Positions 56,215 to 64,000 of a stretch of 64,000 bases of DNA are shown piece by piece. This DNA comes from an uncultured delta proteobacterium (lineage in GTDB: Bacteria > Desulfobacterota > Desulfomonilia > UBA1062), in contig CAVVYZ010000024.1 of assembly GCA_963752595.1 (NCBI GenBank), positions 12,341 through 76,340 of the forward strand. The letters run 5' to 3'. Every line of letters begins with the position of its first letter. Within the stretch, counting starts at the first letter, position 1. The notes below the pieces were generated by a model. That model saw only the letters and a list, made by a program, of their open reading frames with translations, was not told the DNA's origin and made no database searches. Position numbers and translations under genes: made by a program.

Positions 56215-59200
56215 GTGGTGAAAGAAAAGAGAACGCCTTCCATCTTCATTCAGGCATGCCTGTTTATTTCTCTCTTCATGTTCTTTTCCTGCAGCTCTTC
56301 ATCGGGCGGTCATTCTGACAGCCAGGGCAGAAACGGCTCCATCGCCTTTTCCCTGCAGGCAGCATCCGATGAGTCCTCCGGATCGCAATATAATAAAGCA
56401 TCGGCCGGGGTAACGGGTACGGTGCAGAGCGAAGCCGTGCTCGACTGTGACGGTCTGGGCATCGTGAGCGTGGAGGCCTATGTCTATGATGAAAACCAGG
56501 AGCTGATCGCGCGGGGCGGCCCCTGGGACTGCCATGCCGGAGAAGGGATCATTTACGGCGTGAAGCAGGGCAGCAACCGGACAACCCTGATCTTCCTCAA
56601 GAACGGAAACAATCAGGTGAGATACCGCGGCAGGAGCTCGGCGTTGACGGTCGTCGCCGGACAGACGACCGACGCGGGGGTCATCGAAGTGCTGGAGGCC
56701 GAGGATGAAAACCAGCTCCCGGTCCCCTCAAATGACCATGCCACGGTAAACCGGGGCGGGACCGTATCGATACTCGATTCGGGCTTTACCAGCCTGCTCC
56801 GGAACGATCTCGACCCCGACGGCCAGAGCCTTGTTGTAAGCGCATCCCCGGTAAACGGCCCCGTCAATGGAGCCGTAATGCTCCAACCGGACGGCACCTT
56901 TTCCTATACACACGACGGCAGCGCTTCCACGGCCGACAGCTTCACCTACCGGGTATCCGACGGCAACGGCGGGACAGCAACCGCACTGGTGAGCATCACC
57001 GTCATTTCCGGGCAGAACGTCAATCCGGCCCTGTCCGAAGGCTTCGTATCTCCTGAGAGAGGAGACGTTGCAACAACGTACACCTACTCGGTCCGTTACG
57101 AGGATCCGGACGGCAACAGTCCTTCGGCCGTACTGGTTTCCATTGACGGCTCGGCCCATGCAATGGAGTTCTTCTCCGGTTCATCGGCCCAGGGCGTCTA
57201 CCTTTTCCGCACCACCCTTTCTCCGGGAGAACATGCCTACTCGTTCTCCTGCAGCGACGGCCACGGCGGGTCTGCGGTGTTCCCTGCATCAGGGCAACGC
57301 ACAGGGCCGAGCGTCTTCCTGGTAAACCCTGATCCGACAGCATCGGACGACCAGGTGACCGTCAACCGCGGCGGGGTTGTGAGCGTTCTCGATTCAGGCT
57401 TCACAAGCGTACTCGCCAATGACGTCGCACCCACCGGATTGAGCTTGAGCGCCGGCACGAAACCGGTACGGGAGCCAAGCCACGGCAGCCTCACCCTCTC
57501 TGCCGACGGAACCTTCTCCTACAGGCACGACGGAGGCGAATCTACCGCTGACAGCTTCGTCTACCGGATATCCGACAGTAACGGCGGATGGGACACCGCA
57601 ACGGTGAACATCACGGTCATTCCCGGGGAGAATCACGACCCTGTCCTCTCCGAAGGGGGCGTTTCTCCGGAGAGCGGCGATACCGCAACAATCTTCTCCT
57701 ATGCGGTCCATTATTTTGATGAGGACGGGCACAGGCCCGTTGCCATCCACGTTTCCATCGACAATGTCCCCCATGCCATGGAACTCGTCGAAGGTCCGGC
57801 TTGCGACGGTATCTACCGGTATCGGACCACGCTCGCCAGAGGCGCCCATACCTATTCCTTCGCGTGCACAGACGGCCACGGAGGCTTTGCGCCACCGGTC
57901 GATTCGGAAATATACTCAGGGCCTGTCGTATATCCGGAAAACCGTAAACCCACGGCATCGGATGACCGGGCGATCGTAAGCCGCGGAGACGCCGTCTCTA
58001 TCCTGGATTCGGGATTCGCAAGCCTGCTCTCGAATGATTCCGACCCGGACGGCCAGGCCTTAAGCGTTCACACCACCCCGGTGAGCGGCCCAAGCCACGG
58101 CACCCTGGTACTGAACGAAGACGGGACCTTCTCCTATAGCCATGACGGCGGAGACTCGACGGCCGACAGCTTCACCTACCGGGTCTCGGACGGCAACGGC
58201 GCCACGGATACCGCCATCGTGAGCATAACGGTCCTTTCCGGCAGCAGCCACGACCCTGTCTTGACAGACCCGGAGCTCTATCCCCGGCAGGGAGACACGG
58301 AAGATGTCTTTACCTTCTCCATCCGCTATTTCGATGCCGATGGGGATGCCCCGCTGCTGGGATATGTTATCATAGACGGTACGCCCCATCCCATGAACCT
58401 GTATGCAGGCAGCGGATTCAACGGTGTGTATGTATTCAAAACCTCGCTGTCTGCAGGCTCTCATGAATACTGGTTTGCCTTTATTGACGCAACCGGCGAT
58501 TCCTGCAGATACCCGTCTTCAGGGACGCTGCGCGGGTCTGAAATCTATGAAGCGGTCGCCCGGTATTACGTGGCGCCTGCCCCCATCGGGGACGACCGGA
58601 ACGACGGGTCGATCTTGTCTCCCTTCGGATCGATCGGCCATGCCCTGGAGACTGCCGGAGGGACGCCGTATGAACCGGTGATTATCCGCATTGCCGCAGG
58701 CACATATTTCGAAAATATCACCCTCGCCCCCTGGGAATCGCTTGAGGGCGGGTGGGATTCGGACTTCAGCCTGCGCTGGGATTTCAGCAGAGACGGAATA
58801 ACCCCTCTCTCCGAGTATGAGACAATTATCGAGGGCAGAGAAACCGGAAGATGCATCACCATCGACGGGGCTGAGGGAGTCGGCATCGACGGCGTAACGG
58901 TTCGGGGAGGCATCCAGCCAGGGGTGTATACTGCCGGCGGGATTAGCCGTATTCCTGTTCACCCGACATCATCGATTGCCGTATTGAGAATAGCCGTGTC
59001 CCGGGAGGTGCCGATGTGTATCGTGCCGCGGATGCTCTCAAATCCGGCAGCCCATAGATCAAGCGCTACATCTTCTCCGACAATTCTGCAGGCGGAGCAG
59101 AAACCTCCTATGGCGGCGGGATCTATAACATGTCATCGTCTCCGGTGATGCTCGACTACATCTTCACCGGCAACCACGCAGGCTGTACAACCGGAGCAGG

Positions 59201-59822
59201 CGGGGCAATGTATAATATGCAGAGCAGCCCGACGGTACTGAACTGCATCTTCACCACAAACAGTGCAGGCGGTTCATATGATGCCATGGGCGGAGGAATC
59301 TATAACAATGCAAGCTCTCCGGTTATCGTGAACTGCATCTTCACGAAAAACATTGCGAATGGAACGAGCTACGGCAAGGGCGGCGCCATCTACAACCAAT
59401 CCGGCAATCCCATAATAACCAACTGCTCCTTCACCCTCAATACGGCATACTCGGCCAGCACCAATGCAAAGGCAGGCGGGATCTTCAACGATACACCTGC
59501 AGCACCGGTCATCGCCAACTGCATCCTCTGGGGCAACTCGGCGACATACACGAACTGCAAAGAGCTCTACTACGGCTCATCATGTTCCATCACCTATAGC
59601 GATGTCGATCAGGCAGAGTTCGCATCGGATACCTGCCGCAAGAATTTCCGCAAAGATCCCCTCTTCGCCGACAGCGACTTGCGCCTCGGATCAGGATCAC
59701 CGTGCATCGATAAAGGATCCCTCAGCACTTCACCTTTGCCGGAGACCGATTATGCGGGCACCCCGCGGATACTGGGCATATCCGTCGACATGGGCGCTTT
59801 CGAATGGTGGCCGACGGAATAA
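56215..59822 (+). pseudogene. Large surface lipoprotein (N-domain, 3x[Ig-A+Ig-B], DUF1565/beta-helix, choice-of-anchor-Q-like end), interrupted by a frameshift and a stop
   Basis: Lipobox FFS|C; YYVAP...GDDRNDGSILSPFGSIGHAL...IAAGTY; frameshift near 58949, in-frame TAG at 59055-59057, then GGGIYN/SSPTVLNCIFTTN repeats and SPCIDKG...VDMGAFE in ORF 59130-59822. Confidence 0.8.
56710..58554 (+). repeat. Intragenic tandem triplication, 615-nt period
   Basis: Equivalent codons (ATVNRGG/VTVNRGG/AIVSRGD) at 56740, 57355 and 57970; each unit contains DGTFSYxHDG..STADSF.YRxSD. Confidence 0.9.
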
Positions 59823-59838
59823 ACTCGAATGAGTCCGA

Positions 59839-60696
59839 TCACACCGCGCATTTGAATGCCCGGTTCGGGACCCGGCCAATTTTCAGCCCGCGGACCGGGA
59901 GTTTTTCTATATCGAGTTCTCCTGCAATATCGCATAGCTTTTTGATAGTGTAGCCGAGGGATGATGCCTTATCCAGAATGGTCTCGAAGTCTTTCCCGAA
60001 TCTGCCGCCTTCCACCTCGGTATGCACGGGAAGGACCTGAGGTATCCTGCTTCCGGCATTGCGAACAAGGGCATCCAGATACTCCCTCTGTTCCGACTTC
60101 CTCGATACAGGGCAGATTCGAGGGGATCTCCAGCATGCCGTTTTCCTCAAAAATGAAAGGCTCTTTTGCCCGGGTGCAGCTCAAGTATGCAAATCCATAT
60201 TCTCTGCACCAGCTGCGAGCACCCGATTGTCGATGCACCAGCCGGGCGCCCCGAAGGCCGAAGGCTTCTCTCCGGTGATAACCGTAAAGGCATTCACCAT
60301 TGCATCAAGCCATTTCTTCACCGACCTTAGCCTCATGAAGGGAAGCCAGTCCTGCCACAGGCGATGGTCCCAGGCATGGCAGGCCGTCTCGTGGCCCAGA
60401 CCGGTCAGTTCTCTGATCCTCTCCGGAAAGGCGCAGCCGATCATGGGGGCCTTCAGCAGGGTTCCATACAAGGCCGTTTTCAGGCCATACGTCGATGCCG
60501 CATTGGTCTTCAGCATCTTGTATGCGAACCTTGGCCTCAGGAGCTGAAGAATCGCCAGTCCTGACCGGTCAGGGCCGAAGCTGATGAAAAAGCTCGCGGG
60601 AATGCCATGCCTTTTCAGGATTTCCACCAGCCGGGGCAGGCCTTCTTCCATCCCCTGACGGGTATCGATATCGACCTTGAGCGCCAGGACGGGCAT
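59839..60696 (-). pseudogene. arnD: Polysaccharide deacetylase, ArnD-like, frameshifted in this sequence
   Basis: LALKVDIDT, ASFFISFGPDRSG, LYGTLL, HAWDH, GAPGW; continues across ORF pieces 60181-60696, 59969-60238 and 59839-60150 (VHTEVEG). Confidence 0.8.
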
Positions 60697-60698
60697 GG

Positions 60699-61717
60699 TT
60701 ACAGGTTGATCTCCTTCAGGAAACTGTCCATGGTGAACTTCAATGCGTCATCCAGAGCCACTTTGGGCTGCCAGTCCAGGAATTTTCTGGCATTTCAATG
60801 GAGGGAACCCTCGTGTTGATATCCTGGTAGTTGTCCCCGTAAAAGGTCTGCGATTTCTTGATTTCGACCCGGGGATTGAACCTTTCAGGCCTATAGGATG
60901 GATGGTTTTTGAAAAGACCGATGAGCTTGTCGGCGAGATCCTTGATGGAGCAGTTGTTTGCCGGGTTGCCGATGTTGAAGATCTGCCCGTCGCCTTGCCG
61001 TCCTTGTTCTCGATGATCTTCATGACGCACTGATGCCGTCATCGATGTAGGTGAAGGACCTGCTCTGGGTCGCCGCCGTCCACAAGCGCGATGGGCTCGT
61101 CGTTGACCAGGGCCGAGATGAACTGGGTCACGACCCGGAACGACCCTTCCTTTGCGGTTTCGAGCGAGTCGAGGCGCGGTCCGATCCAGTTGAAGGGCCG
61201 GAAAAGGGTGAAGTCGAGCGCCCTGCTTGCCATAGGCCCAGATGACCCGGTCGAGCAGCTGCTTGGAGCAGGAGTAGATCCATCGTTCCTTGTAGATGGG
61301 GCCGAGCACGAGGTGCGAGCTGTACTCGTCAAAGGCCGCGTCCGGGCACATGCCGTAGACCTCGGAGGTGGAGGGGAAGATCACCCGCTTCCTGTATTTG
61401 ACGCACTGGCGGATGATCCTCAGGTTTTCCTCGAAATCGAGCTCGAAGACACCCAGCGGGTTCTCGATGTAGGTCTTGGGTGTTGCAATGGCCACCAGCG
61501 GCAGGACAACGTCGCACTTCTTGATATGATATTCGATCCACTCCTTGTTGATGGCGATATCCCCCTCCACAAAGTGGAAGCGATCAAAGCCACGGCTGCT
61601 GCCGAGCTTGTCGTGTCCAAGATCCATCCCATATATTTCCCAGTCGGTATCTTTGAGGATCCGGCGGCTTAAGTGGGAACCGATAAAACCGTTTACACCG
61701 AGAATCAGAACCTTCAT
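60699..61717 (-). pseudogene. arnA: UDP-glucuronate oxidase/decarboxylase (ArnA C-terminal domain), several frameshifts
   Basis: [38 protein letters not shown]; [15 protein letters not shown] and MKIIEN lie in other frames; TAA at 60699-60701. Confidence 0.85.
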
Positions 61718-62340
61718 TTCATTGTCTCTCCCTGATATGATGCAAAAAATTCCGCAACTTCACCTTCCTTGTACACATACCCCTCTGATTCGACATCGAG
61801 GGGCACTATTGCCCCCTTGCCGGTTCCGATAAGGACAGAGGCACCCGAAAGGGTTATCGCGCCGGGGCACAGGCTGACATCTTCCTGAAGTCTCGCCCAC
61901 CAGATGATGACCTTTTTACTCTTAAAAAATCCAAAGGCTCCGGGATAAGGCCGCGTCACGCCGCGGATGAGGTTGTATATCTCGGATGCGCTCTTGCCCC
62001 AGGAAATCCGACCGTCTTCGGGCTTCCTGCTGCCGAAGTACGAGCCTTTGCTCAAGTCCTGGGGCTCCTTCGGGATATGGCCCTGCCTGATCTCAGGAAG
62101 GATCTGATCGAGCATGCGGCCGGCGGCCTCTTCGATCTTGCCGAAGAGGCTCTCAGCCGTGTCATCAGCGGAGATGACAACCGGAATCTGAGCCACGAGA
62201 TCACCTGCATCAGGCTTCTCCACCATCTCGTGCAGGGTCACTCCAGTCTGCTTCTCGCCTTTGATGATCACCCAGTTCACCGGGCACCTCCCGCGGTAGG
62301 CGGGAAGGAGCGAGCCGTGAAGGTTATATGCACCGAGACG
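61714..62340 (-). pseudogene. 3' part of an ArnA-type formyltransferase, 5' end missing
   Basis: GAYNLHGSLLPAYRGRCPVNW, GVTLHEMVEKPDAG, RKPEDG, IRGVTRPYPGAF; sequence beyond ~62340 is unrelated. Confidence 0.85.
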
Positions 62341-62628
62341 CCGAGAAAAAACCGGCCCGGGAGGGAAAACCGGAAGTCGGCCAATTCCGGCGGAAGCACC
62401 GGCCGAACCGTCCTCTGGGTGGCAGAGGGTTCCTATGTGCGGCCGGTAAGGGTTCGCTCCGGCTTGACAGACGGTGCACAGACCGAAGTGCAGGGCGAAG
62501 GGCTCGGCGAAGGGATGAATATAGTAACCGGGATCCAGAGTCAGACGAGCGCTCCGGCCACTGCCGACAATAACCCGTTCGCACCGAGGTTCCCGGGACG
62601 CCCTGGGGGCCCGGGGGGGAGAAGGTAA
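62337..62628 (+). pseudogene. 3' fragment of an efflux membrane-fusion protein (MacA/HlyD-like)
   Basis: TVLWVAEGSYVRPVRVRSGLTDGAQTEVQGEGLGEGMNIVTG...NNPFAPRFPGRPGGPGGRR*, directly upstream of a MacB-type ATPase. Confidence 0.75.
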
Positions 62629-62659
62629 GAAGTCTTCCCAGCTAATTGAGGGTTTATTC

Positions 62660-63337
62660 ATGCAACTTATAGAACTTCGAGACATTTACAAAACTTACCG
62701 CATCGGCGAGGTCGGCGTTCCGGTCCTGAAGGGGGTATCCTGGCGGTGGAGAGCGGTGAACTGGTGGCCCTGATGGGGGCATCCGGGTCCGGCAAGAGCA
62801 CCCTGATGAACATCCTTGGGTGTCTGGATCGGCCGAGCTCCGGCGAATACTGGCTGGATGGACATGAAATATCTCAGCTGAGCTCCGATCAGAGGGCGCT
62901 GGTCCGGAACCGGATGCTCGGTTTTGTCTTCCAGAGCTTCAATCTCCTGCCGCGCACCAGCGCCCTGGAAAACGTGGCCATGCCCCTTTCCTACTCGGCC
63001 GAGAATCTCTCGGACCGTGAGGCCGGAGGAGAGCCAGGGACATCCTCTGCCGCGTCGGGCTGGAAGACAGACTGGATCATGAGCCTTCCAAACTCTCAGG
63101 CGGGCAGCAGCAGCGTGTGGCCATTGCCCGCGCGCTGATCAACTGCCCGTCCATACTTCTGGCCGACGAGCCCACGGGCAATCTGGACTCCCAAACGAGC
63201 GAAGAGGTCCTCTGCATGTTTCAGCAGCTCAACGAGCGGGACGGCATCACCATTATTCTGGTCACCCATGATCCGCAGGTGGCCCGCCATGCGAGAGGGT
63301 CATCCGGATCCACGACGGTATGATCGTGGACGGCTAA
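62660..63337 (+). pseudogene. MacB/LolD-type ABC ATP-binding protein, frameshifted
   Basis: [13 protein letters not shown] / GASGSGKST...[10 protein letters not shown] / [15 protein letters not shown]...[10 protein letters not shown]...VTHD split across frames. Confidence 0.85.
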
Positions 63338-63393
63338 TTCGTCGCGCCTCCTGGCCAGTGCGAACCCCGGGTCTGACCTCTGACGGAGGGAAC

Positions 63394-63808
63394 GTGAAGA
63401 TACTGCATTTACGAAACGGCATGAAAGGGCTGAGGCGCAATCCCATGCGGGCCATGCTGACAACGCTTGGCATCGTGATCGGCGTGGGCGCGGTCATCGC
63501 GATGATGGAGATCGGCGCCGGGTCGTCTTCGGCCATTCAGAAGACCATCTCCAGCATGGGCGCCAACGTCCTTCTTGTCTTCCCCGGGACTGCGTCCACC
63601 GGGGGCGTGAGCTTCGGTGCAGGAAGCGTTGCAACGCTGACACCGGCCGATTGCGAGGCCATCCTCAGGGAATGCCCTTCGGTCCTGAACGCCGCCCCCA
63701 TTGTCCGGGCGCGGACACAGGTCGTTTACGGAAATCGCAACTGGGTGCCTACGGGGATCTACGGAACCACCCCGGCATTCCTGGACGTGCGGGACTGGAG
63801 CAACCTGA
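63394..63808 (+). pseudogene. 5' fragment of a MacB-type ABC permease
   Basis: RNPMRAMLTTLGIVIGVGAVIAMMEIGAG...MGANVLLVFPG; homology stops after VRDWSN. Confidence 0.8.
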
Positions 63809-64000
63809 CAGGCGTCCGCCATGAGCTGATGGTACGAGTGCATTCCCGCAGGTGTTCCGCTGGCGCCGCAATAGACCACCTCTCGCAGCGTCTTGGACTT
63901 GGCCCGCAGGCCCTCGGCCATGGCCTTGAAGGTCTCGTCGACGAGCAGGATGGTTGACCCTGAGTCGTCCAGCGAATACAGGATCTCAGCCGGCGACCAG
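63808..64000 (-). pseudogene. Internal fragment of a long-chain fatty-acid-CoA ligase (AMP-binding family)
   Basis: Minus strand reads WSPAEILYSLDDSGSTILLVDETFKAMAEGLRAKSKTLREVVYCG...GMHSYHQLMADA, then runs into the antisense of the permease. Confidence 0.65.

Noticed and set aside
58900-59822. Diversity-generating retroelement target
   Set aside because: No reverse transcriptase and no template/variable repeat pair with adenine-specific differences was seen in the window.
61714-62685. 323-aa ORF as a full-length formyltransferase with a novel N-terminus
   Set aside because: Its first ~115 aa are the antisense of the MacA-like fragment across a junction.
63268-63957. 229-aa ORF as a complete permease
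   Set aside because: The true start is GTG at 63394 and the tail after ~63808 is antisense to an unrelated ligase fragment.

Overview
Bacterial chromosomal window. Gene content (sigma54 site, deltaproteobacterial-style minor pilins, ADP-forming acyl-CoA ligase alpha subunits) suggests a Desulfobacterota-like anaerobe; this taxonomy is inference only. From left to right it holds: a SWIM zinc-finger gene running off the edge; an IS1182-like element; a CHASE4-GGDEF diguanylate cyclase with a PAS kinase/NarL pair; a sigma54-preceded orphan gene; glgX-treY-treZ with PLD-VTT and EEP genes; a pilY1-pilW-pilV-pilX cluster with an IS4 element upstream; CBS/NhaD genes; an IS5 (IS427-group) element next to fused gene relics; housekeeping genes (mazG, MATE, nifU-like, metWX, panCB, metB-like, hypAB, ychF-like); and two acyl-CoA ligase alpha genes around a PadR gene, with two copies of a compound hairpin repeat nearby. 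The most notable region is 52287-59822: a CsgG/HfaB-like+TPR protein, an outer-membrane beta-barrel and two Ig-repeat lipoproteins sharing a conserved N-terminal domain, which together look like an uncharacterised surface-lipoprotein display or adhesin system. The last ~5 kb (arnD/arnA, macAB-like, acyl-CoA ligase) has many frameshifts and two chimeric junctions and is probably low-quality or mis-joined sequence. No rRNA, tRNA or CRISPR array was seen.
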